Origin: Alphaproteobacteria bacterium
GTDB lineage: Bacteria > Pseudomonadota > Alphaproteobacteria > Bin95
DNA length: 64,000 nt
Direction of reading: 5' to 3'
Assembly: GCA_964291285.2 (NCBI GenBank)
Contig: OZ219786.1
Span: 256,001-320,000, forward strand
This document shows, piece after piece, positions 47,931-57,700 of this stretch (the first letter of the stretch is position 1; every line of letters starts with the position of its first letter). A program made the position numbers and the translations under genes. The notes under the pieces were generated by a model. The model was not told the origin of the DNA and searched no databases. It worked only from the letters and a program-made list of their open reading frames with translations.

Positions 47931-49226
47931 ATGATCGAACGCTACACCCGCGCCGAGATGGCGGCCGTCTGGTCGGCGGAGACCAGATTCCGTATCTGGT
48001 TCGAGATCGAGGCCCATGCGCTGGACGCCATGGCCGCGCTCGGCATGGCGCCCGCATCGGCGGCGCGCGCGGTGTGGGAGCGGGGTGCATTCGAGATCGA
48101 CCGTATCGACGAGATCGAGGCCGAGACGAAGCACGACGTCATCGCCTTTCTCACCAATCTCGCCGAGCATGTCGGCCCGGAGGCGCGGTTCGTCCACCAG
48201 GGCATGACCTCCTCCGACGTGCTCGACACCTGCCTGGCGGTGCAGCTCACCCGCGCCAGCGACATTCTTCTGGCAGACCTCGACAGGCTGCTCTCCGCCC
48301 TGAAGGCAAAGGCTTGCGAGCACAAATTCACCCTCTGTGTCGGGCGCAGCCACGCCATCCATGCCGAGCCCACCACCTTCGGCGTCAAGCTCGCCGGGCA
48401 CCATGCCGAGTTCGCCCGCAACCGCGCCCGGCTGGAAGCCGCACGGGCGGAGATTGCCACCTGCGCCATTTCCGGTCCGGTCGGCACATTCGCCAGCGTC
48501 GATCCGCGCGTCGAGGCGCATGTGGCGGAAAAGCTGGGCCTTGCGCCCGAGACGCATTCGACGCAAGTGATCCCCCGCGACCGCCATGCCATGTTCTTCG
48601 CCGTGCTGGGCGTGATCGCGGGCGGGGTCGAACGGCTCGCGGTCGAGATCCGGCATTTGCAGCGCACCGAATTGCGGGAGGCGGAGGAGTTCTTCTCCGC
48701 CGGGCAGAAGGGCTCCTCCGCCATGCCGCACAAGCGCAATCCGGTGCTGACGGAAAACCTGACCGGGCTGGCGCGCATGGTCCGCTCGGCCGTCATCCCC
48801 GCGCTCGAGAATGTCGCGCTCTGGCACGAGCGGGACATCTCCCATTCCTCCGTCGAGCGGATGATCGGCCCGGATGCGACCACGACCCTCGATTTCGCGC
48901 TCCACCGGCTCGCGGGCGTGGTGGAGAAGCTGGTCGTCTATCCCGACGCCATGCGGCGGAATTTCGGCAGCCTGGGCGGCCTCGTCTTTTCGCAGCATGT
49001 GCTTCTGGAACTCACGCAGGCGGGCATGAGCCGCGAGGACGCCTACGCGAAGGTGCAGGCGGCAGCGATGGCCGTCTGGGAAAAGGGCGGGTCCTTCCGC
49101 GCACAGCTTGAGCGCGACCCGGACATAGCCGCAGCCGTGCCGCCGGCGCGGCTCGACGGGATATTCGACGCGGACCGCCAGCTGGTCCATGTCGATACGA
49201 TCTTCGAGCGCGTTTTCGGAAGCTGA
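47931..49226 (+). CDS. purB: Adenylosuccinate lyase
   Basis: TKHDVIAF, GRSHAIHAEPTTFG, GSSAMPHKRNP, WHERDISHSSVER. Confidence 0.97.
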   Translation: MIERYTRAEMAAVWSAETRFRIWFEIEAHALDAMAALGMAPASAARAVWERGAFEIDRIDEIEAETKHDVIAFLTNLAEHVGPEARFVHQGMTSSDVLDTCLAVQLTRASDILLADLDRLLSALKAKACEHKFTLCVGRSHAIHAEPTTFGVKLAGHHAEFARNRARLEAARAEIATCAISGPVGTFASVDPRVEAHVAEKLGLAPETHSTQVIPRDRHAMFFAVLGVIAGGVERLAVEIRHLQRTELREAEEFFSAGQKGSSAMPHKRNPVLTENLTGLARMVRSAVIPALENVALWHERDISHSSVERMIGPDATTTLDFALHRLAGVVEKLVVYPDAMRRNFGSLGGLVFSQHVLLELTQAGMSREDAYAKVQAAAMAVWEKGGSFRAQLERDPDIAAAVPPARLDGIFDADRQLVHVDTIFERVFGS

Positions 49227-49261
49227 ACCCACTTCGCCGCAGCCCATCTGGAGAATTCGGA

Positions 49262-50755
49262 ATGTCGGACCGCACAGTCGATGTCGTCATAGTCGGCGCG
49301 GGCAATGCCGCCATGTGCGCCGCGCTCGCCGCGCGCGAGCAGGGCGCGGACGTGCTCGTGCTGGAGCGCGCGAACGAGGAGGAGCGCGGCGGCAACTCGG
49401 CCTTCACCGCAGGCAATATCCGCACGGTCTTCAACGGCGTGGACGACATCAGGGCACTGGTGCCGGACCTCACCGACGACGAGGTCGCGATCACCGATTT
49501 CGGCGTCTACAGCGAGGCCGACTTCTACGACGACATGGGCCGGATCACCGAATACCGGACCGACCCGGACATGTGCGAATTGCTGGTTACGCGCTCGCTC
49601 GACACGATGAAGTGGATGCGGGACAAGGGCGTGCGCTTCCTGCCGATCTACGGCAAGCAGGCCTTCAAGATCGACGGGCGCTTCAAGTTCTGGGGCGGCC
49701 TCGTGCTGTCGGCCTGGGGCGGCGGGCCGGGGCTGGTGGACGCCCTGCACGAGTCCGGCGCGAGAGACGGCGTGGAGGTGCTCTACGGCGCGCGCGCCAC
49801 CGGATTGTTGCACGGCGACGACGGCGTGAAGGGCGTGCGCGTACGCCAGGACCGCCGGAGCTTCGAGGTGCATGCCCGCGCCGTGGTCCTCGCCTCGGGC
49901 GGCTTCGAGGCGAACCCGGAGATGCGCACCCGCTATCTCGGCCCCGGCTGGGACGTGGCCAAGGTGCGCGGCACCCGCTTCAACACCGGCGACGGCATCC
50001 GCATGGCGCTCGACGCGGGCGCGCGCGCCTACGGCAACTGGTCCGGCTGCCACGCCGTCGGCTGGGATTTCAACGCGCCCGAATTCGGCGACCTCGCCGT
50101 CGGCGACAACTTCCAGAAGCACAGCTATCCGTGGGGCATCATGGTGAACGCGGAGGGCCGGCGTTTCGTCGATGAAGGCGCGGACTTCCGCAACTACACC
50201 TACGCGAAATACGGGCGCGTGATCCTGGGCCAGCCGGGCCAGATGGCCTGGCAGGTGTTCGACAACAAGATCATCCCGAACCTGCGCGACGAATACCGCA
50301 TCCGCGAGGTCACCAAGGTCCGGGCCGACACGATAGAAGAGCTTGCGGCGAAGCTGGAAGGCGTGAATGCCGAGGCGTTCCTCAAGGAAATCCGGGCCTA
50401 CAATGCGGCCGTGCGCACGGACATTCCCTACAACCCGAACATAAAGGACGGGCGCCGGACGGAGGGCCTCGCGGTGGACAAGACGAACTGGGCTAACACC
50501 ATCGACGAGCCGCCCTTCGAGGGCTACCAGACCACCTGCGGCATCACCTTCACCTTCGGCGGCCTGCGCGTGAACGAGGATGCCCAGGTGATGGACACGG
50601 ACGATATCGAGATTCCGGGCCTCTACGCCGCGGGCGAGCTGGTCGGCGGCCTGTTCTGGTTCAACTATCCGGGCGGCACCGGGCTGATGGCGGGCGCGGT
50701 CTTCGGCAAGATCGCCGGCGAAGCGGCCGGGCGGGCGGCCGTCGGCAACGAATAG
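49262..50755 (+). CDS. tcuA: TcuA-like FAD-dependent tricarballylate dehydrogenase
   Basis: GAGNAA, RGGNS, SGGFEAN, DEGADFRNYTYA, GITFTFGG, NYPGGTGL. Confidence 0.8.
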   Translation: MSDRTVDVVIVGAGNAAMCAALAAREQGADVLVLERANEEERGGNSAFTAGNIRTVFNGVDDIRALVPDLTDDEVAITDFGVYSEADFYDDMGRITEYRTDPDMCELLVTRSLDTMKWMRDKGVRFLPIYGKQAFKIDGRFKFWGGLVLSAWGGGPGLVDALHESGARDGVEVLYGARATGLLHGDDGVKGVRVRQDRRSFEVHARAVVLASGGFEANPEMRTRYLGPGWDVAKVRGTRFNTGDGIRMALDAGARAYGNWSGCHAVGWDFNAPEFGDLAVGDNFQKHSYPWGIMVNAEGRRFVDEGADFRNYTYAKYGRVILGQPGQMAWQVFDNKIIPNLRDEYRIREVTKVRADTIEELAAKLEGVNAEAFLKEIRAYNAAVRTDIPYNPNIKDGRRTEGLAVDKTNWANTIDEPPFEGYQTTCGITFTFGGLRVNEDAQVMDTDDIEIPGLYAAGELVGGLFWFNYPGGTGLMAGAVFGKIAGEAAGRAAVGNE

Positions 50756-50798
50756 GCGCCCGCCCGACTACCGCTACCCTTTACGGAGGCTGACACCG

Positions 50799-51371
50799 AT
50801 GGCGCGCGCGCCCTACCCCGACATCGAGACCCTGCCGGACGAATTGCGCACTTTCGTCAAGCGCTTCGACCCGCTGATGAACGTCTTCCATATGCTGGCC
50901 CATACGGGGCCGGCGCTGCCGCATTTCATGCGGCTCGGCAATGCGATCCTGTTCAAGGGCCGGCTCGACCCCGAACTCAGGGAAATCGCAATCCTGCGCG
51001 TCGGCCACCTGCTGGGCGCGCCCTACGAGGTCCACCAGCACAGGATCGTTTCGCGCAATATCGGCATGGACGAGGCCCGGATCGCAGGCGTCGAGCACGG
51101 CGAGGACGACACGGTGTTCTCGGAACTCGAGAACCTGGTCATCCGGTTCACCGACGAAGTCGTGTCAAGCGTCCGTGCAAGCGACGCGACCTGGAACGCG
51201 CTCTCCGCCCGGCTCGACTCCGGGCAGATGGCCGAACTCACGCTTGCGGTCGGCTTCTATTCGATGATCGCCGTGTTCCTGGAGAACTTCGAGGTCGAAA
51301 TCGAACCGAAAGGCGTCGTAGAAGACCCGATGAAGCGCCCCCGAAAAGCCGGGGAAGCCCGACCGGCCTGA
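50799..51371 (+). CDS. Carboxymuconolactone decarboxylase/AhpD-like protein
   Basis: LREIAILRVG...YEVHQH. Confidence 0.85.
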   Translation: MARAPYPDIETLPDELRTFVKRFDPLMNVFHMLAHTGPALPHFMRLGNAILFKGRLDPELREIAILRVGHLLGAPYEVHQHRIVSRNIGMDEARIAGVEHGEDDTVFSELENLVIRFTDEVVSSVRASDATWNALSARLDSGQMAELTLAVGFYSMIAVFLENFEVEIEPKGVVEDPMKRPRKAGEARPA

Positions 51372-51390
51372 ATTCGGGAGGCGGACAGGA

Positions 51391-52224
51391 ATGGCGGAAC
51401 GACGCAGCTACTACGCGCCGACCGGAGGCCTTCCGGGCCAGACGGAACTGCTGACCGGCCGCGCCGTATTCACGGAAGCTTATGCCGTCATCCCGAAGGA
51501 CGTGCTCCGGGACATCGTGACCAGCCTGCTGCCGCACTGGGAGCGAACCCGCGCCTGGATTCTCGCAAGGCCGCTCTCCGGCTTCGCGGAGACCTTCTCG
51601 CAATACATCGTCGAGGTGGCTCCCGGCGGCGGCAGCGACAATCCCGAGCCCGACCGCGGCGCGGAAGCCGGGCTTTTCGCGGTCGCCGGGTCCTTCGAGC
51701 TCCTGCTTGCGGGCCGGACCCGGCAGATCGAAGCGGGGGGATTCGTCTATATCCCGCCCGGCGCCGACTGGCGGCTCCGCAACCGGGGCGGCGAAAATGC
51801 GGTCTTCCACTGGATTCGCAAGCGTTACGAGGCGGTCGACGGCCTCGCCTTGCCCGATCCCATCGTGACCAGCGACCGCGAGTGTCCGCCTGTCGCGATG
51901 CCGGATACGGATGGCCGCTGGGCGACCACGCGCTTCATCGACCCGGACGACCTGCGCCACGACATGCATGTCAACATCGTCTCCTTCGAGCCGGGCGCGG
52001 TCATCCCCTTCGCCGAGACGCATATCATGGAGCACGGCCTCTATGTGCTCGAAGGCAAGGGCGTGTACCGGTTGAACCAAGACTGGGTGGAAGTCGAAGC
52101 CGGGGACTTCATGTGGCTGCGCGCCTTCTGCCCCCAGGCCTGCTATGCGGGCGGCCCCGGCCTGTTCCGCTACCTGCTCTACAAGGATGTGAACCGCCAT
52201 CCCCGGCTTGCGCCGCCGATATAG
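51391..52224 (+). CDS. allE: (S)-ureidoglycine aminohydrolase (bicupin)
   Basis: GFAETFSQY, ETHIMEHGLYVLEG, LRAFCPQAC, YKDVNRH. Confidence 0.92.
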   Translation: MAERRSYYAPTGGLPGQTELLTGRAVFTEAYAVIPKDVLRDIVTSLLPHWERTRAWILARPLSGFAETFSQYIVEVAPGGGSDNPEPDRGAEAGLFAVAGSFELLLAGRTRQIEAGGFVYIPPGADWRLRNRGGENAVFHWIRKRYEAVDGLALPDPIVTSDRECPPVAMPDTDGRWATTRFIDPDDLRHDMHVNIVSFEPGAVIPFAETHIMEHGLYVLEGKGVYRLNQDWVEVEAGDFMWLRAFCPQACYAGGPGLFRYLLYKDVNRHPRLAPPI

Positions 52225-52240
52225 GCCCGCCGGCGGGACT

Positions 52241-53470
52241 TTACTCCCGCCTGTCCTCGTACCAGGCGACGATCAGCCGGCGCTCCTCGTCTTCCATCGC
52301 GGCCAGATTGCCGGGCGGCATGGCGCGCGAGCGGCCGGCCTGGAGATAGATGAGGCGGGCGTTTCTCAAGAGTTGTTCGTCGGTTTCCAGCACGATGCCC
52401 TTGGGTGGCCTATGGACCCCCTCCCAGACCGGCTCCTCCGCATGGCAGACGAGGCAGCGGGTGAGCACGGCTTCCTGCACGGCCTCGAAATGGGGCGAGG
52501 CGGCGAGGCGGCGTTCCACGGGCGTCAGCGCCGCGCCGTCGGCCCGGCCGGTGAGGACCGCCGGCATGGTCGAAAGCCAGACGATGACGAGAAACAGGAC
52601 CGCGGCGGCAATCCAGGGCCATATCCGGTGGCCCTTCCGCGCATGCACATTGTTGAAATAGACGCGGATCAGCACGCCCATCAGGAAAATCAGCGACGCG
52701 ATGACCCAGCTGAATTCCGTGGCGAAGGCCAGCGGATAGTGATTCGACAGCATCAGGAAGATGACGGGCAGCGTCAGATAGTTGTTGTGGGTCGAACGTT
52801 GGCCCGCGATCCGGCCGTATTTCGGGTCCGGGGTCCGTCCCGCCTTCAGGTCCTCCGTGACGATGCGCTGGTTCGGGATGATGACCAGGAACACGTTCGC
52901 GCTCATGATCGTCGCCGTGATCGAGCCCAGATGGACGAAGGCGGCCCGCCCGCTGAAGACCTGCGAAAAACCCCAGGCCATCGCCACCAGAACGACATAG
53001 AGGAACAGCATCAGCCGCGTGTTGTCGTCGCCGAAGCGGCTCTTGCAGATCAGGTCGTAGGCGAACCAGCCGACGACTATGGAGGCGACGGAAATGGCGA
53101 TCGCCGCCTCGTTCGACAGCTCCATGACCTCGTTGTCGACAAGGTAGAATTCCGGGTGGGCATAGTAGAGGACGCACAACAGGGCGAAGCCGGAAACCCA
53201 GGTCGCGTAGCTTTCCCATTTGAACCAGGTCAGGTGCTCCGGCAGTTCCGGCGGAGCGACCATGTATTTGCGGACATGGTAGAAGCCGCCGCCATGCACC
53301 TGCCATTCCTCCCCGGTCACCCCTTCGGGCAAATCCTGGCGTTGGCGAAGACCGAGATCGAGCGCGATGAAGTAGAACGACGTGCCGATCCACACGATGG
53401 CGGTCGTCACATGCGTCCAGCGCACGACGAATTCCAGCCATTCGCCGAGAACGGGAAGCAACGCCTCCAC
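52241..53470 (-). CDS. puuD: Urate hydroxylase PuuD (membrane domain plus cytochrome c)
   Basis: WIGTSFYF, VHGGGFY, WFKWESY, RSTHNNY, CLVCH, AMPPGN. Confidence 0.92.
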   Translation of the reverse strand: MEALLPVLGEWLEFVVRWTHVTTAIVWIGTSFYFIALDLGLRQRQDLPEGVTGEEWQVHGGGFYHVRKYMVAPPELPEHLTWFKWESYATWVSGFALLCVLYYAHPEFYLVDNEVMELSNEAAIAISVASIVVGWFAYDLICKSRFGDDNTRLMLFLYVVLVAMAWGFSQVFSGRAAFVHLGSITATIMSANVFLVIIPNQRIVTEDLKAGRTPDPKYGRIAGQRSTHNNYLTLPVIFLMLSNHYPLAFATEFSWVIASLIFLMGVLIRVYFNNVHARKGHRIWPWIAAAVLFLVIVWLSTMPAVLTGRADGAALTPVERRLAASPHFEAVQEAVLTRCLVCHAEEPVWEGVHRPPKGIVLETDEQLLRNARLIYLQAGRSRAMPPGNLAAMEDEERRLIVAWYEDRRE

Positions 53471-55779
53471 TATCCGGCTCCGTCCCGCTTCAGCCGATCG
53501 ATGGCGAGTAACAGGCGTTCGGGCGTGGCTGGCGTGTCGAGTCTGGGGCAATGCCGGTAGCCGGCCGTGCTGGCGACGGCCATCGACAGGGCCTCCACTA
53601 CAGAGGCGCATAGCAGCAGAGGCGGCTCGCCGATGGCCTTGGACCGACCGATGGTGGGCTTGGCGTTCTCGGACCACTCGGCGAGATGCACGTTGAAGAC
53701 GGGCGGGCAGTCCGAGGCAAGCGGGATCTTGTAGGTCGAGGGGGCGTGTGTGCGCAGCCGCCCCTCGCCGTCCCACCAGAGTTCCTCCGTCGTGACCCAC
53801 CCCATGCCCTGGATGAAGCCGCCTTCGACCTGACCCAGATCGATGGCCGGATTAAGCGACCGGCCCGCATCGTGGAGGATATCAACCCTGAGCACGCAGT
53901 ATTCGCCGGTCAGCGTATCGACCTCGACCTCGGTGACGCCGGCGCTGTAGGCGAAATAGTAGAAGGGCTTGCCGCGCCCGGCCGCCCGGTCCCAGTGGAT
54001 TTCCGGGGTGCGGTAGAAGCCGGTGGCCGAAAGCTGGACCCTCGCCATGTAAGCCGCTTCGACCAGGTCGGCGAAGGCGATGTCCTGGTTGCCGATCCTG
54101 ACCCTGCCGGCCTCGAATAGGACCTGGCCGGGCTCGACATTCCAGTGTTCGGCGGCGAAGGCGACCAGCCGGCGCTTGATCTCGTCGGCCGCCTCAAACG
54201 CCGCCATGCCGTTCAGGTCCGAGCCGGTGGAGGCTGCTGTCGCCGAGGTGTTCGGTACCTTGCCGGTGCTGGTGGCAGTGATCCGCACGCGGTCGAGATC
54301 GACCTGGAAGCAGTCCGCGACCACCGAGGCGACCTTGATGAAGAGCCCCTGCCCCATCTCCGTGCCGCCGTGGTTCAGATGGATGGAGCCGTCGCGATAG
54401 ACATGCACCAGCGCGCCGGCCTGGTTCATCCAGGTCGCGGTGAAGGACACGCCGAACTTGACCGGCGTGAGCGCGATGCCCCTGCGCAGGACGCCGCCCT
54501 TTGCGTTGAAGTCCAGAACCGCCTGCTGCCGCGGCGCGTAGTCCGCCCGCTCTTCGATTTCTGCGACCAAGCGCGGGAGAATGTTGTCCTCGACCGGCTG
54601 GTGATAGGGCGTCAGGTCCCTGCCGGGGCCGCCGTAGAAATTGGCCTTGCGGATATCGAGCGGGGAACGGCCGGTGCCGTATGCGATCTCCTCGATAATC
54701 CGTTCGGCCGCCATGACGCCCTGGGGCGAGCCGAATCCCCGGAAGGCCGTGTTGGAAACGGTGTTGGTGCGCATCGGCCGCGAGCGCAGCCTGACGGCGG
54801 GAAAGAAGTAGGCATTGTCGGCGTGAAACAGTGCCCGGTCGGAAACCGCGCCCGACAGGTCCACGGAAAAGCCGCAGCGCGCCGTCAGCACGCTGTCCAC
54901 GGCGAGGATGCGCCCCTCATCGTCGAACCCGACATCGTAATCGACGCGGAAGTCGTGGCGCTTGCCGGTCGCGGTCATGTCATCGTCCCGGTCCGGGCGC
55001 AGCTTGACGGCACGGCCGAATTTCCGGGCAGCGAGCGCGGCGACGGCCGCAAACAGGTTCGACTGGCTTTCCTTGCCGCCGAATGCCCCGCCCATGCGCC
55101 GCACGTTCACCGTCACCGCGCTCGACGGAACCGCGAGCACATGGGCCACGACATGCTGCACTTCGCTCGGATGCTGGGTCGATGATACCACCCGGACCTC
55201 GTCGTCTTCTCCCGGCAGGGCAAACGCGATATGGCCCTCCAGGTAGAAATGGTCCTGGCCTCCGACCCGGAACGTGCCCTGCACGCGGCGCGGCGCAGCA
55301 TCGAGCGCAGCCTCGACATCCCCCCGCGCAAGCGTCAGCGGCTCCGACACGGTTTCGAGGGCATCCTCCGCCTCGATGACGGCTGGCCGCGGCTCATATA
55401 CGACCCGTGCGCGGCGTGCGGCGCGCCGGGCCTCGGCCCGCGTCGCGGCCACGACCGCAAACATGGGCTGGCCGTAGAAGGAAACCGCACCGTTCGCGAA
55501 GACCGGGTCGTCGCCTGCTCCAACGGGGCTGATGTCGTTTTCGCCCGGAATGTCGGCCGCCGTCAGCACCCCGACCACGCCCGGCGCGCTGCCCACTTCG
55601 GCGAGGTCCAACTCCGATATGCCGGCATGGGCCGCCGTCGAAAGCCCGAGGCAGGCATGCAGCATGCCGGCCGGCTCCACCATGTCGTCGGCATAGGCGG
55701 CGCGGCCCGTCACATGCCTGGCGGCGGAATCGTGCCGGTGCGCGCGGTGCATATGTTCGCGGAGTGCGGGCCCGGTCAT
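53470..55779 (-). CDS. xdhB: Xanthine dehydrogenase molybdopterin subunit
   Basis: GGQDHFYLE, RRMGGAFGGKES, AFRGFG, GGTEMGQG, SKAIGEPP. Confidence 0.95.
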   Translation of the reverse strand: MTGPALREHMHRAHRHDSAARHVTGRAAYADDMVEPAGMLHACLGLSTAAHAGISELDLAEVGSAPGVVGVLTAADIPGENDISPVGAGDDPVFANGAVSFYGQPMFAVVAATRAEARRAARRARVVYEPRPAVIEAEDALETVSEPLTLARGDVEAALDAAPRRVQGTFRVGGQDHFYLEGHIAFALPGEDDEVRVVSSTQHPSEVQHVVAHVLAVPSSAVTVNVRRMGGAFGGKESQSNLFAAVAALAARKFGRAVKLRPDRDDDMTATGKRHDFRVDYDVGFDDEGRILAVDSVLTARCGFSVDLSGAVSDRALFHADNAYFFPAVRLRSRPMRTNTVSNTAFRGFGSPQGVMAAERIIEEIAYGTGRSPLDIRKANFYGGPGRDLTPYHQPVEDNILPRLVAEIEERADYAPRQQAVLDFNAKGGVLRRGIALTPVKFGVSFTATWMNQAGALVHVYRDGSIHLNHGGTEMGQGLFIKVASVVADCFQVDLDRVRITATSTGKVPNTSATAASTGSDLNGMAAFEAADEIKRRLVAFAAEHWNVEPGQVLFEAGRVRIGNQDIAFADLVEAAYMARVQLSATGFYRTPEIHWDRAAGRGKPFYYFAYSAGVTEVEVDTLTGEYCVLRVDILHDAGRSLNPAIDLGQVEGGFIQGMGWVTTEELWWDGEGRLRTHAPSTYKIPLASDCPPVFNVHLAEWSENAKPTIGRSKAIGEPPLLLCASVVEALSMAVASTAGYRHCPRLDTPATPERLLLAIDRLKRDGAG

Positions 55780-57215
55780 AGTGAAACGGTCCCCGGCTGG
55801 TCCAAATAGAAGCGCTTCAGCAGGTTCCGCGCGACGAGCGCCCGGTATTGTGACGAGGCGCGCCAGTCGGAAATCGGCGTGAAGTCCCGTTCCAGCGCCT
55901 GCCCCGCAGCCTCTATGGCAGGCTCTCCCCACGCCCGGCCGCGCAGCGCGGCTTCGGCCGCTTCGGCCCGTTTGGGCGTCGCCGCCATGCCGCCGAAAGC
56001 CAGCCGCGCCTCTTCCATGCGGCCCTTCCGGACGCGGACCATGAAGCCGGCGCAGACCGAAGAGATGTCCTCGTCGCGGCGTTTGGAGACCTTGTAGAAG
56101 CCGAGCCGGGCACCCTTCGCCGGAACCGGCACGCGCACCTCCTCCACGAATTCGCCGGGTGCCAGGTCCTGCCGGCCATAGTCCAGGAAATAGGCCTCCA
56201 GCGGTATGGCGCGCCGCTTCCCGCCCTTTCGCAGAACCAGTTCGGCCCCAAGCGCGATCAGCACCGGCAGCAGGTCGGCAATGGGCGAGCCGTTGGCGAT
56301 GTTGCCGCCGACCGTGCCCATATTGCGTATCTGCCAGCCGCCGATGCGGCTCCAGTAGTCCGCGAGGCCCGGCACGGACTCCGTCAGGGCGGCCTCCGCA
56401 TCCGAATAGGACGCCGTCGCCCCGATCCCGATTGCCCCGCCCTTCGCGGCAATCCGGCCGAGTCCGTCCAGATGGCCGATGAACACCGCCGGCGCAATAT
56501 CCCGCAGATCCTTGTTGATCCACACGCCGACATCGGTCGCGCCGGCAACCATGGTGGCCGCCGGCTCCGCTTCCAGCGCGTCTGCCAAATCGTCCTCGTC
56601 GGCCGGAACGACAACGCTGCCGCTGTCCAGTTCGACCCGGTTTCCGTCGGCCATTGCCGCCAGGCGCGCGGCAACCGCCTCGCGGTTCCGCACCAGCCCG
56701 TCGTCTTCGGGCAGGCCGTAGTCGCCGGCCGCCACCGCCGCGCGCAGGATCGGCGCATAGCCGGTGCAGCGGCAGAGATTGCCCTGGAGCGCCCGCCGGA
56801 CCTCGGCGTCCGTCGGCCTCGGCCGTTCCAGCCACAGCGCATAAAGCGCCATGACGATGCCGGGCGTGCAGAAGCCGCACTGGCTGCCGTGGCAATCGAC
56901 CATCGCCTGCTGGACCGGATGCAGCCGGCCATCCGCGCCTGCGAGGTGCTCGACCATCACGACATGGCACCCGTCGAGGCTCGGCAGGAGCCGGATGCAG
57001 CTGTTCACCGCCTCGTAGCGCAGGTCCCCGTCGCGCAGCCGGCCAACCAGCACGGTACAGGCGCCGCAATCGCCTTCCGCGCAGCCTTCCTTGGTGCCGC
57101 GGAGGCCGCGGCGGAGCCTCAGGAAGTCGAGCAGGCTGTCTCCGGCGCCGGCATCCCCGAGCGCGACCTCCTCGTCATTCACCAGGAACCGGAGTTCGCG
57201 GCGCACCCCGGTCAT
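55776..57215 (-). CDS. xdhA: Xanthine dehydrogenase small (Fe-S/FAD) subunit
   Basis: GCAEGDCGAC, QCGFCTPG, GNLCRCTGY, YKVSKRRDEDIS. Confidence 0.95.
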   Translation of the reverse strand: MTGVRRELRFLVNDEEVALGDAGAGDSLLDFLRLRRGLRGTKEGCAEGDCGACTVLVGRLRDGDLRYEAVNSCIRLLPSLDGCHVVMVEHLAGADGRLHPVQQAMVDCHGSQCGFCTPGIVMALYALWLERPRPTDAEVRRALQGNLCRCTGYAPILRAAVAAGDYGLPEDDGLVRNREAVAARLAAMADGNRVELDSGSVVVPADEDDLADALEAEPAATMVAGATDVGVWINKDLRDIAPAVFIGHLDGLGRIAAKGGAIGIGATASYSDAEAALTESVPGLADYWSRIGGWQIRNMGTVGGNIANGSPIADLLPVLIALGAELVLRKGGKRRAIPLEAYFLDYGRQDLAPGEFVEEVRVPVPAKGARLGFYKVSKRRDEDISSVCAGFMVRVRKGRMEEARLAFGGMAATPKRAEAAEAALRGRAWGEPAIEAAGQALERDFTPISDWRASSQYRALVARNLLKRFYLDQPGTVSL

Positions 57216-57218
57216 GGC

Positions 57219-57575
57219 CTAACTGCCCCGATAGGTCGAATAGCCGAAGGGCGAGAGCAGCAGCGGCACATGGTAGTTGGCCCCGGCTTCCGAAATGCCG
57301 AACCGCACCGGCACCGTGTCGAGAAACGGCCTGTCTGCGCCCGCGCCCGCAACGCGATGATAATCGCCGGCCTCGAATTCAATCTCGTAGACGCCGGGCG
57401 CGAATGCGTCGCCGTCGAGCAACGGCCCGTCCGTGCGCCCGTCGGCATTGGTGACGGTAGACCCCAGCAGGCGTCGGCTGCCCGCCTCCAGCCTGTAGAG
57501 CCGAAGCGCCAGCCCCGCAGCGGGGCGGCCGCGCGCCGTGTCCAGCACATGGGTGGTCAGCCGGCCGTCGGGCAT
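57219..57575 (-). CDS. uraH: 5-hydroxyisourate hydrolase
   Basis: [16 protein letters not shown]-terminal YRGS. Confidence 0.95.
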   Translation of the reverse strand: MPDGRLTTHVLDTARGRPAAGLALRLYRLEAGSRRLLGSTVTNADGRTDGPLLDGDAFAPGVYEIEFEAGDYHRVAGAGADRPFLDTVPVRFGISEAGANYHVPLLLSPFGYSTYRGS

Positions 57576-57700
57576 GGGCGCTCCCTCGGACTCGTTCGGA
57601 GCCTTCCTGTCGGGAGGCGGTATCCTTGCACGCTAGCAATCCGCATTTTTACAATCAACACAGTCGATTGTCGAAAATGGTTGGCAGGACGGAGAAGGCA